Below are positions 35,798 to 47,855 of a stretch of 64,000 nt of DNA, piece by piece. Location: assembly GCF_006345805.1 (NCBI RefSeq), contig NC_043017.1, positions 4,216,001 to 4,280,000 on the forward strand. The letters run 5' to 3'. The position numbers and the translations under genes are program-made. The number at the start of each line of letters is the position of its first letter. The first letter of the stretch is position 1. The notes under the pieces were generated by a model. The model was not told the origin of the DNA, searched no databases, and saw only the letters and a list, made by a program, of their open reading frames with translations. Source of the DNA: Octopus sinensis (Eukaryota).

Positions 35798-36195
35798 ATC
35801 TCTCTCTATATAAAGCTGAAGTTGTCTGCGTGTGTGTATGGCAGGTTTGGTAGCCTTCAACTAACACAATCTCCTCCGAGACCCTGCGGCGCAAGTTGAC
35901 CAAAATTGAGAGTATGATAGAAGAAGGCTTGCTCTTCATTCCGTAGAAGAAAATATTCAAATCAGACCATGTTAAGACCAAAAATTATTTACATCAAAAA
36001 GGTGCTTTTTTCAATGAAAATCCCAATTTTTTACGATTTTTTGACTGCTGTGTCGCCATTTTTCGGTGTATTTCAACTAGAAAAATGTTCACTTGAAGAG
36101 AATAACAAGCTACATAATGCGAAATTTTTACTTTTCAAACATTCAATTCTAAAGGATTGAAACAAACTCGAGCAACACCGGGCGATACTGCTAGT
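35798..36195 (-). mobile_element. Helitron-like family D copy
   Basis: Reverse complement of 20126-20525. Confidence 0.65.
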
Positions 36196-36624
36196 TATTA
36201 TGATAAACTAATTGAAATTAAAGCAATGCATTTCAAAATAAATATAGTATTGAAAGGGTTAACCCTTTCAATACAACATCTTAACTGAATTATGGTTGTT
36301 GTTGTTGTTATTTATTCCATAGGTCAGTCACAGTGAGAAGCTTTTCTCTTAATGTTCCATTTTGTTTTATATTTATTGTTCAACCCAAGCAAGCATGGAA
36401 ACTAGACATTAAATGATGATGATGATGATGATGATATTTCAACCACCATAGACATGTTGCTATCATCCATGCATCCTCATTCTTCTGTCATCACCTTCCT
36501 CTATTCACCTTCCCAGCAGTCATATTGCCTCAAGCAAGTTAACACATCATAGAGTAGTGAGGATTCTTTAGTCCTACAGAGTACAAGCAACAATGCCATG
36601 ATAAAATGCACTAAGTACACTTTA

Positions 36625-36860
36625 TCATCATCATCATCATCGTTCGACCGTGGTTGAGACAATGGAATTTACCATGCTACGCCAGACTTCACGGTCCATC
36701 ATGGCATTACGGAGGTCTTGTTGCTGGATGCCTGTATCCCTGGAGATTACATCAGGGTAGGAGAGTGTGTGCCCTCTGGTATTGCGAGTAGATGGCTTCC
36801 AGAGGAGAAGAGTAGAAATTACCTCTTTTTCAGCTCTACAACAATGTCCAGCAAACTGGA
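36625..36860 (-). mobile_element. 3' end of a different RTE LINE family
   Basis: LLLWKPS...RGHTLSYPDVISRDTG...LRNAMMDREVWRSMV followed by a (gat)n tail. Confidence 0.75.
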
Positions 36861-37372
36861 CTCTCTTACCTTTCACAAGGTACACTTTATAAAGGTACAC
36901 TTTATAAAGTAGTCAGCTTTTAAGATTGGCTGGAATTGTCAAATGCTAACACCAAATCAATATAGTAAAGTAAGCCTACAAATTCATAAGAACACACACA
37001 CATACATATATATATATATCAAAATCAAATTCGATGACTGGTATCTGTGCTAGTGGGGTGCAAAGAGCGCCATACGAGTATGATCGTTGACAGAGCGGCT
37101 AATTGGCTTCCGTGTCAGTGGCACGTAAAAGGTGGAAGAAGTGCACCTTCTTGTTCCTGACTTCCTACGCAACCACTGAGCCTGGATGCACATTCATCCA
37201 ACCGTCGATGCTCTCGGTGTCGGGGGCTGACCTGCTTTCTCTTCTGCGGGTCTTATGAATAGCTAAGGACCACGTTTCGGACTTCTCGAAGACCGTTCGC
37301 TCAACAAACAAACAAACAAACAAACAAAGCAGCAACAACACGGACAAATAACAGAAAGGGTAGGGACAATAC

Positions 37373-37561
37373 CATTGGAAGCCTGAAGCTCTTCCTGGGT
37401 GGATTCCTCGTGGTCTTCCGAGGGTTCCAAGTTCTCAACATCTGAACCACTTCTTTGTGATTGTGGCTGATCTAAAGTTATTTCGGTGATGGTCATGGCA
37501 AAGTCGAGACGGGGTCTTGGTGCTGGTGCATCAACGGCAATTCGGGTAGAAATCAGTGAAG
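37373..37561 (-). CDS. RABEPK: RABEPK-like gene, coding exon 2 (189 nt, phase 1-1)
   Basis: Acceptor (T)n-atttctatAG at 37562, donor AATG|GTATTG at 37372; encodes (A)SLISTRIAVDAPAPRPRLDFAMTIT...QASN, similar to RABEPK PPGRLDHSMCII. Confidence 0.85.
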
Positions 37562-37609
37562 CTATAGAAATAAAAAAAAAAAAATTGGAAGGTGGTATAG
37601 GTGTTGTAG

Positions 37610-37876
37610 AGGGTGGTAGTAGTAGTAGTGGTGTGATGATGTGAGCAGTGGTGGTGGTGGTGGTGGTGGTAGTAGTAGTTGTAGTAGTAGTAATAGTAGT
37701 AGTAGTGGTAGTATGGTGGTGGTGTGATGATGTGAGCAGTGGTTGTGGTGGTAGTAGTAGTAGTAGTGTGATGATGTGAGCAGTGGTGGTGGTGGTGGTG
37801 GTAGTAGTAGTTGTAGTAGTAGTAATAGCAGTAGTAGTGGTAGTATGGTGGTGGTGTGATGATGTGAGCAGTGGTT

Positions 37877-37908
<32 letters not shown>

Positions 37909-37929
37909 GTGATGATGTGAGCAGTGGTT

Positions 37930-37961
<32 letters not shown>

Positions 37962-38126
37962 GTGATGATGTGAGCAGTGATGGTAGTAGTAGTAGTAGTG
38001 GTGTGATGATGTGAGCAGTGGTTGTGGTAGTGGTGTTAGTAGTAGTAGTGTGATGATGTGAGCAGTGGTTGTGGTGGTAGTAGTAGTAGTAGTGGTGGTG
38101 TGATGATGTGAGCAGTGGTTGTGATA

Positions 38127-38157
<31 letters not shown>

Positions 38158-38190
38158 GGTGGTGTGATGATGTTATGGTGATTGTGATGG
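37610..38190. repeat. Compound AGT/GGT/GAT minisatellite filling the intron between RABEPK coding exons 1 and 2
   Basis: Nine copies of tgatgatgtgagcagtgg separated by variable (agt)n/(ggt)n tracts. Confidence 0.9.
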
Positions 38191-38202
38191 GCAATCACTC
38201 AC

Positions 38203-39034
38203 CTGTGTCCACTTGGTAAAAATCATTGAGTGCGCCATCTACAGACATCCCTCCAAAAATGTAGATGTTATCACCATTGGCAACAGCCCCGTGAGCAGCA
38301 CGAGCAGAAGGATGTTGACCGGATACCTCCAGCTGTTGCCATGACTCTGTCTCCAGATCCAAAACGTGGAAGTCATCAAAGAACTTGTCCTCGCACAGTC
38401 CTCCATGGATGTAGACTTTCTTGTCGATACTAACTGAGATATGTCCAAGACGAGGTTTTGGCACTGGTCCCTTGATATCCAGCGTGGACCAGGTGGATGT
38501 GGGCACACTGAAGGAGTGCACCTTAGCGTCCAGCACTGGGCTCGTGCCTTGTGCTCCACCACCAAAGACAACAAACTGGTCATCAACAGAGGTGGTAGAG
38601 TGGTGGGTCCTGGGAACTGGTATGTCCCCTTTGGGAGTTAGCGTCAGCCATTTGCTGGCATCGGTATCCAAGTATTGGATGTCATTGAGAGTGTCAGTTT
38701 GGTTTGCTCCACCAAAGATATAGATAGAGCTGGAATTATTCCGGATTGAAAACAATGACTGTTCATAGCGGGGCACGAATCCGGTGAACTCTTTGTAACC
38801 CCATTGCCAAGAGTTCAAGTCTAGAATTGGATTATCAGAGAATGTGTTATCTGGATTGGCACCACCGATTAGATAAAGCTGTCCATTGTTATTAGGTGCC
38901 TCTGAGTTGCTTGGCTTCACCACACAAGCACTATGTCCTACCCTACATTTTGGTGCATCCCCACTAGTCTCAAGCAAGTACCACACAAAAGCAACAGGCT
39001 CACTATTAGTATTGAAATAAGGCAGAATCTCCAT
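38203..39034 (-). CDS. RABEPK: Rab9 effector protein with kelch motifs (p40)-like, coding exon 1 (832 nt)
   Basis: MEILP...WYLLETSGDAPKCRVGHSAC resembles the RABEPK N-terminus; five kelch GG repeats (LIGGANPD, IFGGANQ, VFGGGAQG, IHGGL, IFGGMS); ends at CAG|GTGAGT. The three exons splice in frame to 381 aa. Confidence 0.9.
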
Positions 39035-39163
39035 GCCTCAAAAAGCAGCATATATATAAATGTAGTATATCTATGTAACCCATCCAAAAGTCATTAATCA
39101 ACTTGTCATTCTCAATTCTGTTCCTATCGTATTTCCCCCACCCATCTTATTCTTGCTCGATAC

Positions 39164-39517
39164 CTTAAAGTAAAGCTTGACGATGTGGCAGGTGCTCTCT
39201 GGCTGTCGTGAGCTTTAGAGTATCGTGCATGTCTTCGAAGCTATTTTATCTTGTCTGGTAACAACGTTTCGATCGGTTGTGACACATCCTTTTTTGCCAC
39301 CACTCCACTGTTGCCATAGTGATCCACCTGGATGAAGTTGGATGTTGACGGGAATGGTTTGTTTGAAAACTGGGAATAATTCGACCTCTTTTTCTTCTGG
39401 ATTTGCTGGAAAATTAGCAACGCCGTGTCTTCATAGCGTTGGTGTATATGGAATGTAGACTCCAGGTATGGCACCGGTGGTTTATTCATTTAGTTGCAGG
39501 ATGACAGATCACTAAAC
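39164..39517 (-). other. Putative upstream exon of the RABEPK-like transcript containing an 82-codon ORF (39241-39489)
   Basis: Long polypyrimidine tract plus ttttgtAG acceptor at 39518, AAG|GTATCG donor at 39163, candidate acceptor tttttgAG two bases before the RABEPK ATG. Confidence 0.5.
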
Positions 39518-39616
39518 CTACAAAAGACCAAAAAAAATAAATAAATAATAAATAAATAAAGGGAAAAAAAAATCAATACCAATAATTTCAATAAGATCAA
39601 AGTCAGATGTACATAT

Positions 39617-39834
39617 ATGTATTTCTTTACAACCCACAAGGGGCTAAACAAGGACAGACAAACGGATTAAGTCGATTACATTGACCCCAGTGCGTAACTG
39701 GTACTTAATTTATCGACCCTGAAAGGATGAAAGGCAAAGTCGACCTCGGTGGAATTTGAACTCAGAACGTAACAACAGACGAAATACCGCTAAGCATTTC
39801 ACCTGGTGTGCAAACGTTTCTGCCAGCTTGCCTT
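39617..39834 (-). mobile_element. SINE family A
   Basis: Reverse complement of the family A consensus. Confidence 0.85.
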
Positions 39835-39847
39835 ATATATATATATC

Positions 39848-40122
39848 GTTGCCAGCCTCGCCTGGCCCCCATGCCGGTGGCATATAAAAAGCACCATCTG
39901 TTTGCCAGCCTCGTCTGACACTTGTGCTGGTGGCACATAAAAAGCACCCACTACACTCACGGAGTGGTTGGTGTTAGGAAGGGCATCCAGCCGTAGAAAC
40001 ATTGCCAGATCAGACTGGGCCTGGTGCAGCCTTCTGGCTTCCCAGACCCCAGTCGAACCGTCCAACCCATGCTAGCATGGAAAGTGGACGCTAAACGATG
40101 ATGATGATGATGATGATGATGA
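39848..40122 (+). mobile_element. Family C copy (RTE 3'UTR end)
   Basis: Two ggcacataaaaagcacc units, the gttaggaagggcatccag core and a (gat)n tail. Confidence 0.85.
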
Positions 40123-43100
40123 TATATATATATATATATATATATCATAATTTGATCCATGGGTTGGATGGCTTGACAGGATCTAGTGAGCCACAGGGCT
40201 GCGCTGAGCTCCCGTGTCAGCTTCGGCATGGTTTCTGCAACTGGATACCTTTCCTTATGCCAACCGTATTACAGTATGTACCAGATACTTTTTCATGCCA
40301 CCAGCACTAGTGAGATTGCCAAGTAACTGGCGAGACAGAAAGAGAACAGGGAGAAAGTGGTAGGCAGGAAGACAGCTTTATACCAAGTGTTGAAAGACTA
40401 AAGAATGATAGAGGGACAAGCATAGGTGTCTTGCGAGAGATACAGGGAATACACACATTATATAGGGGTAACTGGAAAGGAGATAAGGATGGTAGTGATA
40501 GAGTTACAAAGGAAATTCTCAAGGTACAGCAAGGTGAGCATAAGAGGGGATATAGATAGTGGGTCAGGGGAAGGGAGTAACAGATGGTTAGAAATTGTGG
40601 GTAGAAGAGGTACAGTTGATAGGATATATCAGCATGGAGGGGGCGTAAGATGAAAGGTAGCTGTGGCACAGGAGGGATAGATCAGACTGTAACGGGCTGA
40701 TGAACAAGGTATAGGAGAGGTGAGGAGGGGGAGATGAAGTAATACATAAGGAAGGCTGCAGTGAGCAGGTAGGGTAGGTGGGGGTTATGGCATATATGAA
40801 AGGGTACTGAGAGTAAAAGCTGATACTTGAGGTACTTGAATAAAATATGGCAGGTATGTCATCATCGTCATCATTTTAATTACAGTAATAAAAATAATGG
40901 TTTCAAATTTTTGCACAAGGCCAGTAATTTCAGGAGAGGGGGGTAAATCGACTGGTACTTATCTTATCGACCCCAAAAGGATGAAAAGCAGAGAATGGGT
41001 TCAAATACTGGTACAAGGAGAGCAATTTTGAGGAGAGAGGGTCAAGTCAATTACATCGACCGCAGTACTTGGACTGATACTTTACTCTTCATCTCTCCAG
41101 GGCCTCACTTACTAGTGGGCACCCTTGGGAGGGGGTGGGGATAAAAAGCAAAGCAGATCTAGGCGAAATCTGAACTCAGAATTCCGAGGTCAATATTGTC
41201 TTTCATGCCTCATACATACATATATAGCAACAAACCACATTAATAACGACTATGCTGAATATGGGAAAGTTTTGCGTTCACAAAAAACCCACCGCGAATA
41301 ACAAGCCTCCCAGACATTCCCGCCGTTTTCAAACAGTTATATCTAATGCGCCCCCTTTTTTTTTTTTCTTCTTTAACATGGATTTGAGAGATTTTGGTTG
41401 CTATTTCCCAATAGTTGTCGTTGCTCGTCCATTTCTTTCTTGATTTAAGGGGAATTTTCGATCGAACGTGTAGAGGTCTTCCTCTGCTGGCTTAAACATC
41501 TCCAAAGAACAATTAAGGCGAAAGTAGCAAGGTTACTGCAGTGTTTATGCGACAATAGAACAACAAACACAGCAACCAAATAAGCCATCAATATCGATGA
41601 AGCAAACAGCTTCCTGTGAGCACAAACACCTAATTAATACAGGTGGCTGTCACGTTTAGCCCAGATCAACACTGATTGAAAGGCTCGATCAAAGACATGC
41701 TAACCACGACCATCCCGTTTCTTTCCTTTTTCCTTTGTACGAATTTATAGAACTACATTATCCAATGTGGCCTTAGACTTTTTTTTTTGTACCTTAGATA
41801 TCAACGCAGGAGTTGATGGAGATATGACTATTCCTAGCGCTCGAGCTAACAAATATTTGGACATTGAAAAGTTAGAGAAATATAACAGAATAGTTTCTAA
41901 CACAACAGCTGAGGAGAGATTGAAATAAAACATAGAAATAACCTAAGAAATAATTGTTTTAGTTTAATACATAAGAAACTGGTTCACAGTCAACGGAAAA
42001 GCTGATTATTAATTAAGCCTACGAAATTCTTGGTTAGTTAATCATTATCCTTAGCACCTAGCTTTAACCCTCAGTCGCAACACGAAACCTCCGAAATTTA
42101 CCTCTCAGTTTACCTACACGAAACAGAAACTGATCCCAATGGTTTGAGGACGAAGTCACTTCCCCGATGAAACCCAAATAAGTCGGTAAAATAAGTGCCA
42201 GGTCGAAAGGACTGTGGTCTATACGATCGATTAAACTGGGTTTAACCTTCAGTTTATTCGCAAGAAACTGAGGAAACTGACCTTCGATATAGATATAGCC
42301 ATTGGAATTTATGGAATTCAATTTTGGTTAAATCGTTATAAGCCAAGGCAACATATTATAAGTCCAAGAGTTTAAAATACCAAAATTGTTTGGAAAAAAA
42401 ATGGATTTCTAAACAAACTGAATATTAAAATGAAAATAAGAGATAAATAAATATAGAAAAGAGCAAAGAAAACTAGTTTAAAACATGCTAAAATCGATGT
42501 ATATTAAATGTAATGCATTTAATAATTTTGGTGTTTTAAATTGATTTTACCAAAGAAAGATTATAACTTTGTGGGAGATAAAAGAAACAGTTCACGATTT
42601 ATCATAGATGAATGAATATAAATGAAATTATCAAGGTTTGATAGTCAATATACATTTATACGTTTATGTATGTAGTAGAAGAGTAGAATCCAAGGAAACA
42701 AGGAATTTACTGATGTGTAGAATTCTAACCATTTGCGCACCATGAATTCCATGAGCGAATAAGTTGCCCAAAATTTGGGTTACGGATGCTTTTAAAATAA
42801 AGAATTTCTGCCTTACCTTATAATTATGGGAACGGTGGTCTTTTAATTGGGTAGCCAGGTGTTCTCGTTATTAGTATTGCAGGTGATGGTTCTGATTATA
42901 TAAACTGAGGCTTCAACCAAGGAAAGTTCTGGCTGATGGTCGCACTAAGATCACAGCGAAGTGAAAAAGAACGAAGGCAGGACGCCTTTAACTAGAAATC
43001 CAAAAATCCGTTAGTTTTGATGTGTTTGTAGTTGCCAGGAGACTGAGTATTAGTGTATCGTGGTAAACAATAGACGGGAGTGAAGACATGTAAAAACAAA

Positions 43101-44340
43101 GAGTGTATAAGGGAGTGGATTAAGATCTGAATAAAAATGTTCTTATTTATTGAAATAAGCGACCAAGCCCATGGGTGGGTATCAATGAAGAATGTGGCCA
43201 ATCAGCTAAATTAATTAAGCCTATGTTACACCAATTCTTGCAGGGTAAGCGACGTTCCGTGAGGTACTTTGTTGTTGTTGTGAGATGATGGAGATGGAGT
43301 CTGTGGTGGAAGCGATGGCGATGTTTAAGTATCTGTTGTTGATACTCTTTTCCTTCGTTCCGTGACAAAACAACTTGTGCTGCCGAACTGTGTTGTTGCG
43401 TTTTACACACTTCCGGCATGAAATTAGTGGCAGCAGCAGCCTGGAAATGGAAAAGCGAAGGAGGGGCACTTGTAACAGGGGTAGTAGCAGCAACTGGTTC
43501 TGATTGCCTCCTCTCTTATGAAGATGAGTCAGTTACAGATGCACATACATAGCAGCGCACACATACACACACATATATAATGGATATGCTTGCTTATTAG
43601 TATATGAGCGTGAAAGTATATCTGTGCCCGTAGCTTACTTTATATGTGCACGCATGCAGATGTGTACATATGAATGTATATCTAAAAAACACGCACATGC
43701 ATACATGTGCCCGCATGCACACACACACACGCATACATACAGAGACTCAGTTATGCGCACAGACACAATTTCACGCTCATACACTAACAAGCAAGCACAC
43801 GCATTAATTTCAGTGATGAAAATAAACACATACATGCACTGTATGTAGGTGGTTACTACGTTTTACCTAAATATGCACGTGATTCATAAAAATTGAAGAA
43901 TAATTCCACAAAACAGTAGTGGAGAATATACACTGACTTGAAGCAACTTAAGTAACGTAATTAGAACTTGTTTTATCAACCTCTGAAAACATGATACACA
44001 TCGCCGACGTTTGAACTCAGAAAGTTGAGACATTAAAATTATTACTACTCGGACCCTTTCCATCATATCATTCAAAGAACGCAAATATAATTAGAAACAT
44101 TTATCGATAGATATATAGATTGACAGATCGATAATAAACAAATACACATAAATAGCTATTTAGAAATTGATAGATGAGTCGACGGAGATATGTAGATAAC
44201 AAAATTGATCGATAGGTAGTGATATAAATCTGGGAAGATACATGCATATATAAACAGGATTATATATACGTGTGTGTAATATAATACACATGAATTCAAC
44301 AGATTTACAAAAAGGGCTCAATGAATAATTATAGGGAATT

Positions 44341-44686
44341 CATCATCATCATCATCATCATCGTTTAACGTCCGCTTTCCATGCTAGCATGGGTTGGACG
44401 GTTCAACTGGGGTCTGGCAAGCCCGAAGGCTGCACCAGGCCAGTCAGATCTGGCAGTGTTTCTACAGCTGGATGCCCTTCCTAACGCCAACCACTCCGAG
44501 AGTGTAGTGGGTGATTTTATGTGCCACCGACACAGGTGCCAGACGAGGCTGGCAGACGGCCACGCTCGGATGGTGTTTTTTATGTGCCACCGACACAGGT
44601 GCCAGACGAGGCTGGCAGACGGCCACGCTCGGATGGTGTTTTTATGTGCCACCGACACAGGTGCCAGACGAGGCTGGCAGACGGCA
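44341..44686 (-). mobile_element. Young 5'-truncated RTE copy, nearly identical to 605-945
   Basis: Two substitutions seen versus 605-945, plus a one-base poly-T length difference; same 63-bp units. Confidence 0.9.
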
Positions 44687-44989
44687 ATTCGAGTTGGCAA
44701 GTTATCTCAAACCAAGAATAAAATAGTAAGGACATTTTGATACTCCACATTTAAACAAAATATGACAGTACTACTTCATAGCTTTATATTTCTCTCCCGT
44801 GACTGAATTTACTTTCCATGCTACTCCACTTCATCAAGAAAGTTGAAGAGTAGGGATCATATACAACTTTGATAGGGCCAGACAATTATATGTGTGTGGT
44901 GGGGAGTGTTTCTCTTACACTTCTAGTTGTTACTCTCTCCTCCAACATCCACAATACTAAGACTATACACTCCATCTCTTCAAGTCCCC

Positions 44990-45255
44990 TTTTCCCAACC
45001 TCTCTTACCTTTTATCACTATGGTCATCATCTCATATACTGTCATCCATCACAAAGAAAACCTCCTGATTCTCCAGCACTTCCTTAACCTCAGTCCACCC
45101 GCTATACCAATGCCTTTATTTTCTTCCCTTTATCTGAATCCCTTCTTGCTTTTATAATTTCTCTTTTATGATTAAGATCTAACAACAGACCACTGGGGTG
45201 GCCATGGGTACAAGAATGGGTCCCAACTATGCCAACCTATTTGTTAGTTGCATTG
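44990..45255 (+). mobile_element. Penelope-like RT relic, N-terminal half
   Basis: FITMVIISYTVIHHKENLLILQHFL (degenerate D..SLYT.IPH motif), then TGVAMGTRMGPNYANLFV. Confidence 0.8.
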
Positions 45256-45479
45256 TCCCATCTTTGACCTATGTCTCCATTACAACTTATTTATTCATTC
45301 TTCCTTATCTTCAACCTCTTCTGTGTGGTGTGTGTGTGTGTTTTGAGGAAGTGCTGTAGGATGGTGTTTGCAAGGTACAAAAGAAAAAAAGGTTTTAATC
45401 AAGTGTACATAGGCATAAACAAAAAAGTAGGAGCTGGAAAGTGTTTTCAAGTGTGTGACTCTGAAATAAAGAATAAAAA

Positions 45480-46572
45480 TTGAATATGAGATTAAAAGTC
45501 TAAAAAAGTTTGAGGTGGTAGAATCTTTAACAGGGTTAGAAATTCAAGAAAATAATGAAGTCCAAGGTCAAGGTAAAATAGCATAAATGCTAAGAAGATA
45601 AAAAGGAGGCAATGCTATGGGAATTATAAAAAGGGAGTAACGAAAGAAAGACGAACAAAAATGGTCTTAATGAGAAGTAAATGGCAAAAGAGTTTAAATG
45701 TGGAAGGGTGTCTATGGGTGCTAAATGGATGTCGAGTTAGCAAAAGTGGCAGATGGGAGGAGGGAGAGAGTTTTCTTGATATAAATTGAACTTCAAAAGG
45801 AACATTGAATAGGTGCAGAGGAAAGAATCCGTTGTATGGAAGATGCAATGTTTAAGTCTAGTGAGGTAGTGAGGGCAGAGGTACTGGAAAGGAAAAAGCA
45901 GAAAAATGATCTAGGAGTGGAACAGGGTGTGATGAAGAAAGAACTATGAATGACGAGCCTGCATAGGAAGCAGAGATGCTTAAAAGCAGGAAGAGGTGGG
46001 TAAGGAAAGAAATGAAAGGTGACCTGGTCAGATTTCGAATGGTGGAAGAGGTAGAGGATGGCATACTGGAGGAGACGGTGGTGGAATGGTAGGCGAAGAG
46101 AAAAAGCATGCATTGTGTAGATGAGGGTGTAGATGAAAGTGTGAAGGCTGAAAGATGTAGGTAGTGGTATGGATGTTGGAGAAAGTGGCTTGAATATAGG
46201 TGTGTGGATAAGTGTATTGAATAACTAGACCAGTCACTCTTCATGAGTCTTAAGATCATGGCTACGGCTGCAGACATGGCAGAGATGGGGAGACTGGGCC
46301 AAGGAGATCGTGTACTTGGTATGGGTGGGGACGGAAGTCAAGGTAGGAGTGGAAGTTAGTGGATTTGAAGAAAATGAAAGTTGAGAGGCTGATGGATGGT
46401 CAATACAGTAAGTAATGCCAAGGAAACAGAGTGAAGTATCAGAGATGGAGCAGGTGAAATGGAGAGAGAGGTGTGTAAGATGCTGATGAAGGAAATGAGG
46501 GAGATGAAAAAGTTTAGCTCTTCAGGGATGAGAGAAGGGGCAACAATATAGTCATCAATGTAACAATCATAT
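45480..46572 (-). mobile_element. Penelope-like RT relic, C-terminal half, opposite orientation
   Basis: Minus strand starts CYIDDYIVAPSLIPEELNFFI, later KSTNFHSYLDF (cf. KPTD.HSYL..SSHP); multiple frameshifts. Confidence 0.72.
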
Positions 46573-46793
46573 AGTTATTATGTCATATGTAAACAAACAT
46601 AATTTTGTTTTTGAAGCACTGAAATGTATTGTAATACAAGTAGAAAGATATATTGTTTCAATGCGTAAGTACTGATAGAACAGTGTATATCGGATATTAT
46701 CCTTACAGAGCAGAAAAATTTGTCAGAAACCAGCCATGATTCTCATGGCTGGTTGCTGACAGATTTTTTTGCTCTGTAAGGGATTTTATCCCA

Positions 46794-47192
46794 TACAAGC
46801 AGTATCGCCTGGCATTGCTCGGGTTTATTTCGACCTTTTAGAATTGGAATTCTTGAAAAGTAAAAATTTTGCATTATGTAGCTTGTTATTCTCTTTAAAT
46901 GAACATTTTTTTGGTTGAAATACACCGAAAAACGGCGACACAGCAGTCAAAAAATCATAAAAAATAGGGATTTTCATAGAAAAAAAGAGCACCTTTTTGA
47001 TGTAAATAATTTTTGGTGTTAACATGGTCCGATTTGAATTTTATCTTCTACGGAATGAAGAGTAAGCCTTCTTCTATCATACTCTCAATTTTTAGTCAAC
47101 TTGCGCCGCAGTGTCTTGGAGGAGATAGTGTTAGTTGAAGGCTACCAAACCTGCCATACACAGACAACTTCAGCTTTATATATATATAGATA
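46794..47192 (+). mobile_element. Helitron-like family D copy
   Basis: Matches 20126-20525; ends cagctttatatatatatagat. Confidence 0.65.
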
Positions 47193-47855
47193 TACTGTTC
47201 TATCAGTACTTAGGCATTGAAAAAATATTTCTTTCTACTTGTAATCATATAATTATATAGCTCTGGGATGGGACCATTGAACTGGGATTCAATCATCATT
47301 TTCATCATCATCATTAGCATCCACTTTTCATGCTGGCATGGATTGGACAGTCTGAGTCACCCCCTCCCCCATTTGGAGCTACAGGTCCCAAAGACTAACT
47401 GCTTATACATGTCATTTGCTTCATTTCTACAACTGGATGTCCTTCTGAATCCCATACATTTTGTAGAGTATACAGAAAATTCTCTCTGATCCAGGCAAGC
47501 ATGGAAAAATGGACATTAATTATAAAAATGTAATGGGATTTTAAGACATCAAATGACTAGGAGGGACCAACTGAGTAACATCGAAATCCCATTATATTTT
47601 TATAATTAAATATTATTAAGAAGTGTGTAAAAATATTGTTAAAATATTTTGTGTATTGCACAAGTATAAGCAATGTATTGCACACAAATTTTAATAACAA
47701 AATGTTTTAGGGGTCCTGATGGGTGGCCATGTGGACCCTGGTTAAGAACCTCTGCTTCAGACCCTTGTGTGATATTCCCATTGGTTCCAGTTTCAACTCT
47801 GATGATCCTGGTTTCAATTTTGATTGGTCCCTTTTAATTGATTGATTGGTCTGAA

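Noticed and set aside
37263-38198. 311-aa His/Thr/Tyr-rich ORF as a standalone protein
   Set aside because: It is intronic microsatellite read in frame with RABEPK exon 2; its tail runs into a (TTTG)n tract of the next intron.
42866-42896. GDGSDYIN after a plus-strand acceptor, like the protein-tyrosine-phosphatase DYINA motif
   Set aside because: A stop codon follows immediately and no other PTP exons are visible; likely chance.
43147-43493. Overlapping minus ORFs as coding exons
   Set aside because: No recognisable domain, in-frame stop just upstream and no convincing acceptor.
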